Source: Malacoraja senta
Taxonomy: Eukaryota
Direction of reading: 5' to 3'
DNA: 64,000 bases
Assembly: GCA_038087875.1 (NCBI GenBank)
Contig: JAXLNO010000630.1
Span: 62,001-126,000 of the forward strand
In this document: piece by piece, positions 10,257-23,880 of the stretch
Layout: every line of letters starts with the position of its first letter
How positions within the stretch are numbered: the first letter of the stretch is position 1
The notes under the pieces: generated by a model
Database searches by the model: none
Told to the model about the DNA's origin: nothing
The model's input: the letters and a program-made list of their open reading frames with translations, nothing else
Position numbers and translations under genes: made by a program

Positions 10257-13200
10257 ATGGCATCCTCGTGCCGCAAACCCTCGCCCCTGGTCTTTGATGC
10301 TGACATAGCTGAACGCTGGGCGACTTTTGAAATGGACTTCACTCATTACATCAATATCGTGCATCGCAACGATCCCGATATTGTTAAAGCTTCTCTCCTA
10401 CTGAACCTTGCGGGTCCAGATGCCATGAGGAGAGCGCGAGCCTTTGCCTATGATCCCGAGGTCCGGGATGCGAACGACCTGATTCAGGTACCTGCGGAGT
10501 CTGCAAACGACCCAGTATGTCTGTTGCGAAAATTTGCCGAAATTTGCGACGCCCTCTAACCGTATTTTAGAGCGAGCAAAGTTTTTCACGAGAAAGCAAC
10601 AGCCCGACGAACCTGTTGAATGCTTTACTGCGGATCTGCGTTATCTCGCGCAGCGGTGCCGCTTTGAAAACATGACTGACCAGCTAACCAGGGACATTTT
10701 AGTGACAGGTATGCTGGATCAGAAACTGCGATCCGAGCTACTAAGGAGGCCGGATCTTACCCTGACAGACGCAATGCATGCATGCAGGTTGGCTGAAGTC
10801 GTAGACCCGTTGTTCGGACAAAGGGGCACTGATGGTCGATCTGTCAATTTAACTGGTCTCAACAGACCACGTCCCAAAATAGATAACGCTAGACCCGCAC
10901 CGCGGGCAGGTTATGGTCCCGGAGGACGGGTGGTTAAAAGGTGCCCTAATTGTAACTATATACATTCAATGCAATTGCAGTGTCCGGCTTATGGTAAAGC
11001 ATGTAATTTCTGCAAGAGATTGAATCATTTCTCGGCGGTTTGCCGTTCTCGTGGGAACCTGCCACGTGTTCCTAGACAAGTATTAAACAACCTAGCACAA
11101 GTTGATAGTGATTTTGGTTCCCAGTCCTCTCTCGACACTGCCCACGACTCTGAGGCAATTAGTTCTCAAGGAGATGCTAGTATATTTACACTCCTACACG
11201 CACCTGCTCGCCTCCCCATCCATCGGTCCTCGTTACCGTCAACAACTGTCCGTTCACAGCTAAACTCGACACGGGGGCAAAAGTCAATGTTATGTCAACA
11301 AACCTGTTCCGAAAGATTAGACACAATGAACCACTGACTTCAGACCGTTCGACCTTACGTGCCTATGGGGGCGAGGTACTGAAACCTGTGGGAAAGGCAA
11401 CTTTTAATTGTGTGCTGCAGAAGTCATCGCGGCCCCTCATGTTTTATGTTCTGGATTCTGATTGTGTGACTCTGCTGGGCAACCTGGCGTGCCAAGACCT
11501 GGGACTAGTGTCCTTCGATCGTACTGTCCACGAAATACGTTTGCCAATGGATCCGTTATCCGAGTACCCGGACCTGTTTATTAATTAACTGGGCAAACTG
11601 CCCCTTGTCTACAAGATTGTCACCGACCCCAAGTGGTGCCAGTGGTCCGTGCACCACACAGAGTATCCTCGCTTTAAAGGATAAAGTGGAAGCGATGCTG
11701 AAGAGCATGGTTACAATGGGGGTGCTGGAAGCAGTGAGCGAGCCCACCGAGTGGGTCTCCACCATGGTTGCTACCCTGAAAAAGGACAAAAACGAGATAC
11801 GGGTGTGTATCAACCCCAAAGACCTGAACCTCGCGATCAGGCGGCCACACTACCCCAAGAGAACCGTAGAGGACGTCGCAGCTCAGGTCGGTCAGGCTAC
11901 GGTGTTTTCTGTCCTTGATGCAAAAAACTCTTTCTGGCAAATACCACTCGATAACGCTCCTCCGACCTGACAACTTTTTCCACTCCTTGTGGCAGATTTA
12001 AGTTCTACGGATGCCATTCGGTATTAACTCTGCCAGTGAAGTGTTTCAGCGATCCATGGAACAGCTGTTCGCTGGCATGCCTTGCGCCATCATCGTTGAC
12101 GACATCCTAGTTTATGGGGAGAATGCTACCGAACATGATAAGAACCTCCGCAAAGTCCTGGACCGTGCCCGGCAGATCAACTTAAAACTGAACAAGAATA
12201 AATGCCGGTTCCGTGTCTCAGAGGTGCCGTACGTCGGGCACATCTTCACTTCCAAGGGACTGAAACCCGACCCGCAAAAGACTATTGCAATATCCGAAAT
12301 GCCAGCCCCAACTGACGTGCTTGGTCTTACAACGATTCCTGGGCATGGTCAACTACCTCGGGTAGTTTGTACCGAATCTCAGTGAGCTGAGCTCATCCCT
12401 GAGACAACTAACTAAGAAAGGCATCACCTGGTCCTGGTTTCCGCAACACCAGCAGGGCTTTCGAATGTCTGAAGTCTAAGCTGATCAGCACCCCAACACT
12501 CAAATTCTTCGACCTGCGCCGTCCCATTGTTGTCACATGTGATGCCTCTCGTTTTGGACTGGGTGCTGCTTGCCTGCAGCTCTACGGCGACGGCTCCCTG
12601 CTACCGTCTCGTATGCCTCTCGGACCTTGACCGACACAGAGCAACGATATGCTCAGATCGAGAAGGAGCTCACTGGCTGTGGTGTTTGCTTGTTCCAAAT
12701 TCAAAGACTTTCTCTTTGGCTGTAGATTCACAGTCGAGCCCGACCACCAGCCACTGGTAACCATTCTTAACAAACCCATACATGTTGCCCCTGCCAGATT
12801 ACAACGTATGATGCTGCAACTCCAGTGTTTTGATTTTGAAATCACATACAAGGAACGGAGATGCATGTTGCTGACACTCTTTCTCGCGCCCCACGGGCAT
12901 CCTGTGACCGCCACCCTTACGAGCAGGAAAACCTACTCTTACTTAATGTCAACTTTGTTCCAACCAAGCAGCTACAGTGCCTGATCGAGCACACCGCCGC
13001 GGACCCCGCACTGCAGCAGCTGGCTGCCATCATCAAGCGCGTCAAACGTCAAACGTGGCCCATCAAACGTACCAATTTGCCCGTCAAACGTACCAATTTG
13101 CCATCGGGCGCACAACCGTTCTTCCTGGTCACGACGAGCTGGTGATCCAGGATGGAGTTATCGTCAAAGGCCACAAAGTTGTGGTCCCAGCCTCTCTATA

Positions 13201-14459
13201 CGATCTATACTACAACACAGCCCACAGTGGTCATCCTGGAATCGAGGCCACTGTTTCTCATGCCCAAGGACAGTTCTACTGGCCTGGCATGGCCAACTAC
13301 ATCAGGAACCGGGTGTCCTCCTGTGCCTCCTGCAACAACCTTACCCCACACCAGCAGCGTCAACCCCTTCTGCAGCAGCCGGCACCAGCCATGCCTTGGA
13401 CATCGCTGGCTGCTGACATATTCGAATGGCGGGGTAAGCACTTTCTCGTCCTGGTGGACTCATTCTCCAATTGGTTCGAGATTGACCTCCTTCCGTCCAC
13501 CACCTCCGGGAGGGTCATCGCTAAGATGCGTCAGCACTTCGCCGCCCACGGCGTCCCTGTCCGCTTACAGACCGACAATGGACCGCAATTCACAAGTGCC
13601 GAGTTCAAAGCTTTCGCTGCAAGGTGGAACTTCCATCACTACACCAGCAGCCCGGAGTACCCTCAGAGTAACGGCCTGGCCGAACAGGCCGTGCGGAGTG
13701 CTAAGGGCCTGATGGAGCAGTCCCGCCTGTCAGACCGCGATTTATACCTGGACTTACTTAACCTACGTAACATTTCACGGGACCCGCTTATGGGTTCCCC
13801 TGCCCCAACGTCTGATGTCCAGAGTGACAAGACCACCTTTGCCCATCGCCCAGCAGTCCCCGATACCCAAAGTGTTCGATCCTGCCACAGTCCAAAGACG
13901 GATCGATCATAATCATGAAGTTCAACGGCGTTCCCACGACAGGTCCTGCCGCCTCTGCTGCCTCTGCTACCCGGGCAGGTCGTTCGGATGCAGACCACCA
14001 CCCGGCTATTCCCGCCTCGCGACGGTGACTGGCGTGGACGACTCTCCAAGATCTTATCTGGTGGATTACGAAGTGACTACCTACCGACGGAGCCGTCAGC
14101 ACCTGTTGGCCGTCAACGAGCCAAAGCTCCTCCTGCGGCTCCTTATGGTCCTCCGTTGTCGTTTCCACCCTGCTGCCGCGGATCACCCTGCTGCTCCATG
14201 CATGCCCCATTCACCTCGCTTAGAGCGGTCTCCTGTTTCGTTGCCTCCTGGTCTTGGCCGGTCGCTTTCACCTCCTGCACGTCCTGCACGTCCTCCCCCT
14301 CCTATCTCTCCCGCTCCTGCTGCATCTCCCCCTCCCTTGACTTTCCTGCCTGCCTCCGCTACGGCTTCTCTTCTTCTGATGGGGGGGGGGGAAGGTGCTG
14401 TACGTAAGCGTTCGGGTCGCATTATTAAGCCGCCTGTCCGTTACGGCGACTTTGTCTAA
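10257..14459 (+). pseudogene. Gypsy gag-pol, broken by many frameshifts
   Basis: Zn knuckles CPNC..H..C and CNFCKRLNHFSAVC; protease AKLDTGA (~11260); RT MPFGINSASEVFQ and IVDDIL; RNase H DHQPL; integrase HHCC, TDNGPQF and SNGLAE. Confidence 0.95.
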
Positions 14460-14528
14460 CTTTGCACGCTTATTGTAATAACACTATCCTGATTTGCCTC
14501 CATGTGCAGTTGATTCTAAGGGGAAGGA

Positions 14529-14745
14529 TGTAGATGGTTTATGCATGCAACCAATAATATAGCTACCTCAGTACCACTAACCACGCCTTAGTTATCAAGT
14601 ATAAGAACTCTATCTCCCGTGTGCTCCTCCCTTGGTTCCAGCATGATGGATAGACTGGGTGCAGTCAGTGCTGGAAAGTGTTTAACCTGTCTTATTATTA
14701 AACGTTAAGTAAAGCTACAAGTGAGTCAGACTCAGCTTCTTTACA
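14529..14745 (+). repeat. Gypsy 3' LTR (217 bp)
   Basis: Follows the PPT, ends in CA and is followed by the TSD CATGC. Confidence 0.97.
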
Positions 14746-15696
14746 CATGCTACCTGTTGCAGTTGTGATGTTGCATTGGTGGAATTATATTCCAAACCAC
14801 TGGATCATTGACCGCTGCAACATACTTTGAGACAGCTGGAGAATATAATATAACTTAGAACTGGATGTCTGGTGTCAGATGAATGAACCGGAATCTTTCG
14901 GTTTTCCATAGAAATGCTTCATTTCTGCTGACAAATGACTGATCAGAGAGAATTTCGCCACCCATAACACAACTAAAATATACAATAGCTGTGAAAGAAC
15001 ACTCTAACGCGGAAATGGTAGTGTTTTCTAGTTTGAGTATAGATGTGACAAGTGAATAGGCTGGTATCAGAATCACATCCGAGGCTTGACGTTTGAGGTT
15101 CGCCCTTACAATTCGATATTGCTAATTAAAGTATTGGATAGCGCACGACCTCATCGATTTGTGTTCTTTCAGCAATTACTCCTTGCCACACAAGGAATTA
15201 GTTCCAAATGCTCGCCTCAAGACACCGCCCTCTAATTTTCTACCGCTGCTCTTCAATGGATGAGCTTTTTCCCCGTGTTTTGGATTCTTTAGGCTTTTGT
15301 TTACATTCTTTTCAAACGTGAAGGCATATTTTAAGCAATTACTCATTGAAAGTTTTGGCAGATAAAACTTCTCTCCTTAAAAGCACGTCTGCATTAATTT
15401 ACAGATCACACACACTAGAATTAATCAGATATTCGATATTCCGTAAATCGCAATGAATTATGGGATTTGTCAAAGGTCATTTGTGATAAAGAAAAAGCGA
15501 ACGAAACGCTGGCTGTGTAAACTGTGTATAAATTGTTAACTATTCTACCAACGATTGAATCTAGAATTCTATCAACTCAACAGCCTCCTTTCTTGTTCTG
15601 CTGTTCACACACTACTTACACAGTCCCAATTTTAGTTCAGTTCATTAATCTGCAATTAAGAGATATTCAAAAGTTAAATAATTATTTATTTTCATT

Positions 15697-15907
15697 TGTT
15701 TAAGAAAGAACTGCAGATGCTGGAAAAATGGAAGGTAGACACAAGTGCTAGAGAAACTCAGCGGGAGAAGCTGCATCTTTGGAGCGAAGGAATATGTGAC
15801 GTTTCGGGTCGAGACCCTTCTTCGGGTCTCGACCTGAAACGTCACCAATTCTATTGCTTCATAGATGCTTGCTCACCCGCTGAGTTTCTCCAGCATTTTT
15901 GTCTACC
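15697..15907. mobile_element. Penelope-derived hairpin (inverted pLTR) element
   Basis: Inverted arms AGAAACTCAGCGGG.../...CCCGCTGAGTTTCT around GTTTCGGGTCGAGACCC; matches the 3' end of the Penelope at 39300-39435. Confidence 0.75.
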
Positions 15908-16219
15908 TATTGTTTTCATTTAATCCTTAATGTGTTTGCTACTGGAATAAGAAAATATTTCTTTCGCTTTAAACATTTTCTTATCTTTATTCATAATTTA
16001 TGTGTAAAAATATATTTAATCTGAGGAAAGGGGGTGGCAGGTAGCGGGAAAGCAGGGTGTAAGCGAGAGAGAGAAGGCAGATGCGAGTGCGAGACAGGGG
16101 GAGACACTGGACCGGCGGAGAAACATTGTCGGCGGTTGAGCTGCTGCGTGTGTACAGACCCGTGTGCGGACGTGGCGTCGAAGGCCGTGATGCCGAAGCG
16201 AAGAAGTGGAAGCCAAAAA

Positions 16220-16990
16220 ACCGAATGGACCCAACACCGAAAAGCCAAATAACCGAAAGGGCGGGACGACTAAAAGCCAAATAACCGAAAGGACACGGAG
16301 CCGAAAAGCCAAATAAACGAAAGGGCGCAACGCCGAGAAACCAACTAACCGAACGGACATGACGTCGCCGGGGGGTGGGACTTGTCAGCGATTGGTCCAG
16401 TCTCCCGCGTCCATCACATCACTGGCCGGGGGAGACGGGAGGGTGGGGGTAATTTTCCCACACAAGACCGCCCGGGGCTGCAGGGTGACCGGGCATTCTG
16501 AACCCGAGCACCAAGGTGTAAGCGGCCGAAGGAGCGCATCCCTCGGGACAGCCCCCACTCTCCACCCGGGGTCAGCGCTGTCCGGCCACGGCCGCCCTCC
16601 GCCTCAACTCCCCGTGCGGCCGCACTGTGACGGGCTCTGGGTCGGCAGTGCACAAACTCACGGGGCCGGGTCAAGCGGGGCCGCGGTCCGGTCAGTCGAC
16701 ACACGGGGACGAAAACCCGGCAATGTACCCATCAGCCGAAGCAGAGTTGGGAACAGTCTGGTTCCTCCGCCCACCCAGAGTCACCGACCGCGATGATCCG
16801 CCACTGGCACCCGACCCCCACACCAGGTGATTCACCCCCCCACCCGACCCCGGACTCGACCCACACACGGGGTGTTTCCCCCCCACCCCAACCCACACAC
16901 GGGGAGATTCACCACCCGGTACCCATACAGGGTGATTCACCCCCCCCCCCCCGGCCACGGGGACAGACGGCCCAGGCCACTGGCAGCCAT
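16220..16990. repeat. Unclassified GC-rich dispersed repeat with ~30-bp AAAGCCAAATAACCGAAAGG subrepeats
   Basis: Tandem subrepeats at 16235-16355; 16500-16990 aligns with 7680-8345. Confidence 0.65.
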
Positions 16991-16992
16991 AG

Positions 16993-19510
16993 GCAATAGA
17001 CAATAGACAATAGGAGCAGGAGTAGGCCATTCGGCCCTTCGAGCCAGAACCGCCATTCAATGTGATCATGGCTGATCATCCTCAATCAGTACCCCGTTCC
17101 TGCCTTCTCCCCATATCCAAACGACTCCGCTATTTTAAGAGCCCTATGTAGCTCTCTCTTGAAAGCATCCAGAGAACCTGCCTCCACCGCCCTCTGAGGC
17201 AGAGATTTCCATAGACTCACCACTCTCTGTGAGCAAAAGTGTTTCCTCCTCTCCGTTCTAAATGGCTTACTCCTTATTCTTAAACTGTGGCCCCTGGTTC
17301 TGGACTCCCCCAACATCGTGGACATGTTTCCTGCATCTAGCGTGTCCAAAGCCTTAACAATCTTCACTGCCTGCTGTACCTGCATGCTTACTTTCATAGA
17401 CTGATGAACAAGGACCCCACATCCCGTTGTACTTCCCCTTTTCCCAAATTGACGCCATTTAGATAGTAATCTGCCTTCCTGCTTTTGCTACCAAAGTAGA
17501 TAACCTCACATTTATCCGCATTAAACTTCATCGGCCATGCATCTGCCCACTCCCCAACCTGTCCAATTCTTCCTGCATTCACAAAGCATCCTCCTCACAG
17601 TTCACACTACCACTCAGCTTTGTGTCATCTGCAAATTTGCTAATGTTACTTTGAATCCCTTCATCCAAATCATTGATGTATATTGTAAATAGCTGCGGGT
17701 CCCAGCACCGAGCCATGCGGTACCCCACTAGTCACTGCCTGCCATTCTGAAAGGGACCCCTTAATCCCGACTCTTTGCTTCTCGTCTGCCAGCCAATTTT
17801 CTATCCACGTCAGCACTCTACCCCCAATATCATGTGCCCTAATTTTGTGCACTAATTTTCTATGTGGGACCTTATCAAATGCTTTCTGAAAGTCCAGGTA
17901 CACTACATCCACTGGCTCTCCCTTGTTTATTTTCCTAGTACACCCTTAAAAAATTCCATAAGATTAGTCAAGCATGATTCCCTCTTCAAAAATTGCTGCT
18001 GCCTCGGACCGATCCTGTTACTGCTATCCAAATGCCGCTATAACATCTTTTATAATTGATTCCAGCGTCTTCCCCACCACCAAGGTCGGGCTAACTGGTC
18101 TATAATTCCCAGTTTTCTCTTTCCCCCCTTTCTTAAAAAGTGGGATAACATTAGCTACCCTCCAATCCACAGGAACTGATCCTGAATCTATAGAACATTG
18201 GAAAATGATCACCAATGCGTCCATGATTTCCAGACCCACTTCATTCAGTACCCAGGGATGCAGACCATCAGGCCCTAGGGATTTATCAGCCTTCAGTCCC
18301 ATCAGTCCATCCAACATCATTTCCTGCCTAATGTGGATTTCCTTCAGTTCCTCTATCACCCCAGATCCTCTGGCCATTAGTACATCAGGAAGATTGTTTG
18401 TCGACATTATTGAAGATGGATGCAAAGTACCTGTTCAGCTCATCTGCCATTTCCTTGCTCCCCATAATAAATTCACCTTTTTCAGTCTTCAAGCATCCAA
18501 CTTTGGTCTTAACTAAATTTTTCCTCTTCACATACCTAAAGAAGCTTTTACTATTCTCCTTAATATTCATGGCTGGCATACCTTCGTAACTCATCTTTTG
18601 TCCCCGTATTGACTTTTTTGTTATCTTCTATTGCTCCTGAAACATTACCCAATCCACTTGCTTCCCGCTCATCTTTGCTACGGTGCACTTCTTATCTTTA
18701 TTTTTAAACTGTACCTGGTTCCTTGTCAGCCACGGTCGCCCTTTACTCTCCTTGGAATATTTCTTTGTCTTTGGAATGAACTGATCCTGCACCTTCTGTA
18801 TTATTCCCAGAAATACCTACCAATGTTGTTCCACTGTCATCCCTGCTATGGTATCTTTCCAGTCAACTTTGGCCAGCTCCTCCCTCATGGCTCCATAGTG
18901 CCCTTTATTCAACTGTAACACTGACACCTCCAATTTACCCTTCTCCCTCTCCAATTGTAGATTAAACTTGACAATATTATGGTCACTACCTCCTAATGGC
19001 TCCTTAACCTCAAGCTGCTTTATCAAATCTAGTTATTTACATAACACTAAATCCAGAATTGCCTTCTCCTTGGTAGGCTCCAATACAAGCTGCTCTAAGA
19101 ATCCATCACGGAGACACTCCACAAAGTCCCTCTCTTGGGATCCAGTACCAACCTGATTTTCCAAGCCTACCTGTATGTTGAAATCTCCCATATCACTATT
19201 ACCTTAATTACATGCCAATTTTAACTCCTGAATCGACTTGCACCGTATATTCAGGCTACTGTTTGGGGGACTGTTGATAAGTCCCATTAGGTATTTTTAC
19301 CCTTACAATTCCTTAGTTCTATCCATACTGACTCCACATCTCCTGTTTCAATGTCACCCCTTGCAAGGGACTGAATTTCATTCCTCACCAACAGAGCTAC
19401 CCCACCGCCTCTGCCCACCTTGTCTGTCTTTTCGATAGGAGGTATACCCTTGAATATTCAGTTCCCATCCCTGGCCCTTTTGCTGCACTGTCTCTGTAAT
19501 TCCCACAAAA
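16993..19510 (-). mobile_element. CR1 LINE (EN-RT remnants to 3' tail)
   Basis: ORFs VYLDFQKAFDKVPH, GPDGLHPWVL, LGGSDHN; (ATTGTCT)n tail at 16993-17012. Confidence 0.95.
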
Positions 19511-20134
19511 AGCCGTGCGCGTGAGATTAGATTTAGTTTTAGACATGCAGAGTGTAAACAGGCCCTTCAGCATACCGAGTCTGCAAAGGATATTTAAAAT
19601 AAAAGGGCTGTTTAAAGTTTGCAAGCTGAATCTTTTTTTTTTTTTATCGAATTTGAAGGAAAAGTGAAGAATTATGATGAAAATGTTCCCAAGAGCTGGC
19701 ATCATTCCGGGGAGCACTTGGTAATTTTGATAACCAATTCCACAGAGATTTTTGTGTCTCCAATTCATGCTTCAAAGATGCAAAAAGTTGTGTTTACAAG
19801 TGAAACTTTGACAAAGTCGAACACTATTTTAAAAGAATTTTAAATTAAAAAGAGTCTGCAGATGCTGTAAACGAGTTCATGTGGAAGAATAAGCAACGGT
19901 TGAACAAGCCAATTTATTTCATTTGAAGTGAAGATGCAATTTGTCTAATTTCAACTAGTTTGCCTGACCCATGGTTATTTGCCCAGCCACAAAGCTATAC
20001 TTGTTCTCACCCCAACAACAAAAAAAGCATGATTCGGCCAAAACTGAATAGATTATTCTGCAGAGGCATTATTTAAGACTCGGCTGTACGCTGTTCTGTA
20101 TCCAACATTCCAAAAGCACTCCCATAATTAACCC

Positions 20135-20263
20135 GTTTAAGAAGGAACTGCTGATGCTGGAAAAATCGAAGGCAGACAAAAATGCTGGAGAAACTCAGTG
20201 GCTGAGGCAGCTTGCATCTAGACGATGCCTCACCTGCTGAGTTACTCCAGCATTTTTGTTTAC
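20135..20263. mobile_element. Penelope-derived hairpin with 12-bp TSD (paralogous copy at ~26915-27043)
   Basis: CATAATTAACCC at 20123-20134 versus CATAATTAACTC at 20264-20275. Confidence 0.75.
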
Positions 20264-20474
20264 CATAATTAACTCACTCCCTTCACCCAGGAGGTGGGTA
20301 TATGGAACAAGCTGCCAGAGGAAGTAGTGGAGGCTGGTGCAATTGCATTTAGAAGACATTTGGACAGGACTATTTGGACTAATTGTCTGTTTCTCTAATA
20401 TATACTGAACTTTTTTTGCTGTTTAGTAAGGGTTTTACAGTGCAATATGTTTACACTACTGTTGTGCTGCTACG

Positions 20475-20700
20475 TAACCCGCTCCATGACACAGTGAGGA
20501 GCACCTTCAGCAATAGACTATTTCCACCAAGATGCAGCATAGAATGCCACAGGAGATCCTGTTTCCCCGTGGCTATCAAACTGTACAACTCCATCCACTT
20601 CTATCGTGGGGTAGTCTCTCCCCCTCCCCCTCCCCAATCTTTGCACATCCCCAATCCTTTCCACTCGTCACTTTAATTTCCTGTTTCATGTTTATTTTAT
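20475..20700 (+). mobile_element. Rex1/Babar-type LINE 3' fragment (paralogous copy at ~27255-27470)
   Basis: NPLHDTVRSTFSNRLFPPRCS...SCFPVAIKLYNS resembles the C-terminus of ORF 49430-49792. Confidence 0.65.
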
Positions 20701-22661
20701 TTTAGTTTAGTTTAGAGATGCGGTAAGGTAGCAATTCTACCGCTGCGCCACCATGACCGCCTTTACCTTGTGTTTTATGACTGTTTGCAGATCAATTTCT
20801 GTCCTGGGATAGATAAAGTTCTATCGTATCATAAAAAAGTATTTAATTGTTAATTTTGGGACATATGACAATAAAGCACTCTTGACAGATACATGGATTG
20901 GATAGGTATGGAGAGATAAGGAGCATATTCAGCCAGATGGGACTAGTGTAGATGGAGCATCTTGGTCAATGTGGGCAAGACAAAATGTGCAGGAACAGCA
21001 GATGCTGGTTTACACTGAAGAAAGACACAAAATGCTGGAGAAACTCAGCGGGACAGGCAGATTACAACTCAGCGATATGAATATTAATTTCTCCAACTTC
21101 AAATAACCCTTGCCGTCCCTCTCTCTCCATCCCTCCCCCACCCTAGTTCAACTAGCTTCACTGTCCTGTGAAATGTCACCTATCCATGTTCTCCAGAGAT
21201 GCTGCCTGACCCGCTGAGTAAGTGCAGCACTCTGTGAAACGTCACCTATCCATGTTCTCCAGAGATGCTCCCTGACATTTGCCGTTTCACATTGGGACCC
21301 TTTTGGTTTGAGTGGGCCAGTGGAGTAGAGAAGCCAAGACAGTTGTTGCACCACCAGTGGATATAAAAGGTCCAGAGAGGGTAGAAGGCTGGGTAGGGGG
21401 TAAGGCAGGGCGGGGGTGGGGGGGGGGAGAGTTGAGGGGAATGTTTGAGACTGGAGACAGGATTGTCACTGGATGGATAGGATTCTCTCCCATAAAGAAA
21501 AGCTCAGAGGTGGCAGAAGAGCCCTACGTCCCTATGTTCCCGATGTCGGGGGAGTCCAGAACCAGGGGTCACAGTTTAAGAATAAGACCGGCTGAGTCAC
21601 TCCACCGTTTATATAGGTCTATTAACAGATTCAGATCTACCTTAGATCTCCTCTTGTAAGTCTTCTTGGCGCTCTCCCTTTTCACCGGCATTCTCGAAAC
21701 TCCTTGCTTGGGTTATTGATCCACACCATGAAGGTTAGAGTTTTGACCTCTAGTAGCTGCCAGCTGTTTCAATGCCTGGCAGAATGGGTATGGTGTACCC
21801 ACTTCAAGTTGACAGATGAAATGGAGCCAGTTTGCCAAGTTGACAGATGAAATGGAGCCCGTCTCTCATGGTTACGGATGCAGTTCACTGTGAGGTCACC
21901 GGCCAGGCACATTATGAGGTCACCTCTGATTATGATGGTTTACAAACTTGCGATCTTACGAATGGAAGGCAGGCCCAGAAGAGAATAAACCACTTCACCA
22001 TATGACCTTCACAGTGGATATAACCAACTGGACTCAAATGTTAGAGACAAGGAACTCAGTTCAGTTGAGTTTATTGTCACGTGTACAGAGAAAAGCTTTT
22101 TGTCACATGTTAAAAACAGTCAGCAGAAAGACAATACATGATTACATATGAGCCATTTACAGTGTATAAATACATGGTAAGGGAATAACGTTTAGTGCAA
22201 GATAAAGCCAGCAAAGTCTGATCAAGGATAGTCCGAAGGTCACCAATGAGGTAGATAGTAGTTCAGCACTCATCTCTGGTTGTGGTAGGATGAATCAGTT
22301 GCTTGATAACAGCTGGAAAGAAACTGTCCCTGAATCTGGAGGTGTGCGTTTTCACACTTCTGTACCTTTTCACGCAGAAAATCTGTGGAATTCTCTGCCA
22401 CAGAAGGCAGTGGAGGCCAGTTCACTGGATGTTTGCAAGAGAGAGTTGGATGTGGCTCTTAGGGCTAACAGAATCAAGGAATATGGGGAGATAGCAGGAT
22501 TGGTGTATTGATTTTGGATGATCTGCCATGATCATATTGAAAGGCGGTGCTGGCTCGAAGGGCCGAATGGCCTACCCCTGCACCTATTTTCTATGTTTCT
22601 ACATCATGGTATGTCCAGCACTCGTTGATGTCTGGTCCTGAAGAAGGGTCCCGCTGAGTTA

Positions 22662-23052
22662 TGGGGAGCATGCTTCAAGGCATGAGGGGCAAGCCTCGGG
22701 AGTACCTCCCATGGCATCCAAATTTGCCATATCTTCCCAATAAGGGGTACCACTGGGAGAGGATTTAGACTTGAGCATTAATTATCTGGCCTCTGACCAG
22801 CTCCAAGATCAGGCCATGGAGGAAACCACTACCAAATATCATACCCCAGTAAACTGTGCCTCATTGAATGTCCCGGCAGTGAATCACTCCATCTGGGGAC
22901 ACATTGGAGGGGGCGTCAGAGCCCAGGAGGAAAAACTACAAAGAAAATTAAGATTACTTGCCTCAGGCATCACGGCCTTTGCCAGGTCGGTGGATGGGGG
23001 GGGGGGGGGGGGGGGCTCTCTGATGTTCAACAGGATGCCATGGCATTAATGT
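22662..23052 (+). mobile_element. DIRS gag fragment carried by the duplication
   Basis: Matches 31165-31547 (EETTTKYHTPVNCASLNVPAVNHSIW). Confidence 0.9.
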
Positions 23053-23719
23053 CTATATTGTGATTCATTTTTAAGATGTGTTTCTTGGAGGAATATTATA
23101 TCTGTCTTGAGTGAATTTAAATGTGTTAAAACTTTACCTCTCTTAATTGGTTCATTGATTCCCTTAACATTCCAACTACAAAACGTTATTCCTTCACCCC
23201 CTCTTGTCATATTACCATTTTGCATATTGTTTTAGGGTGGTCTATAGCCGAGCAGAAGGTACAACACATAAAACCTGACCTTGTCCCCGAACCTCAGATA
23301 GATGAATTTTAAATAACATACTTCGCTCCTCCGAACACATCTCCTTGAATTAACCTTGTAGTTCCATTCAAACTTAAAATTATAACAATAATTAAAGTGA
23401 AAAAAGTGATATAGTTGATTAGTATAGGGTGAAAGAAAAAAACTACAACTACAATTAGTGTAGTTAGTGTTAGCCTTTGTAAAAGAAAAAAATCCTAGCA
23501 CCGCGCTAAAAAAATTTAAAAAAAAGATAATATTTCTAACAATCAAATAACTTCTTTGGGAGTTGCAAAATTTGTGTTTTTAAAAAAAAAAAAAGGTAAA
23601 CAACAGTAAAAGTTAACAACGTTATTATTCTCTAAATACCATATTAATATCTTCTTTAAGTATATATTTTTAATTTGTAATTGAAAAATAAAGAGGAAAA
23701 CCATCAGCCCTTATTAATA

Positions 23720-23880
23720 GGTACACAAAAATGCTGGAGAAACTCAGCGGGTGCAGCAGCATCTATGGAGCGAAGGAAATTTCCTATTTCCTTCGCTCCA
23801 TAGATGCTGCTGCACCCGCTGAGTTTCTCCAGCATTTTTGTGTACCTTCGATTTTCCACCATCTGCAGTTCCTTCTTTAA
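23720..23880. mobile_element. Penelope-derived hairpin with perfect 12-bp TSD, nested in the L1 spacer
   Basis: CCCTTATTAATA at 23708-23719 and 23881-23892; ~60-bp perfect inverted arms. Confidence 0.85.

Larger units (their letters stand above)
9948..14745 (+). mobile_element. Full-length but frameshifted Ty3/Gypsy LTR retrotransposon (Mag-like)
   Basis: TG...CA LTRs; 5-bp TSD CATGC (9943-9947, 14746-14750); PBS TGGTGTTAG at 10164; PPT AAGGGGAAGGA at 14518-14528; domain order gag-PR-RT-RH-IN. Confidence 0.97.
18695..23052 (+). repeat. Segmental duplication copy 1 (three internal deletions relative to copy 2)
   Basis: Collinear, near-identical match to 25474-31547 across unique and repeat DNA; junctions at 20719/20, ~22369/70 and 22661/62. 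Confidence 0.95.

Noticed and set aside
19659..19720. Possible 62-bp exon (poly-T...GAAG / GTAATT), duplicated near 26440
   Set aside because: No recognisable product or partner exons.
20719..22662. Deletions in duplication copy 1 as spliced-out introns (retrocopy)
   Set aside because: The missing segments lack GT-AG ends on either strand, and there is no poly(A) tail.
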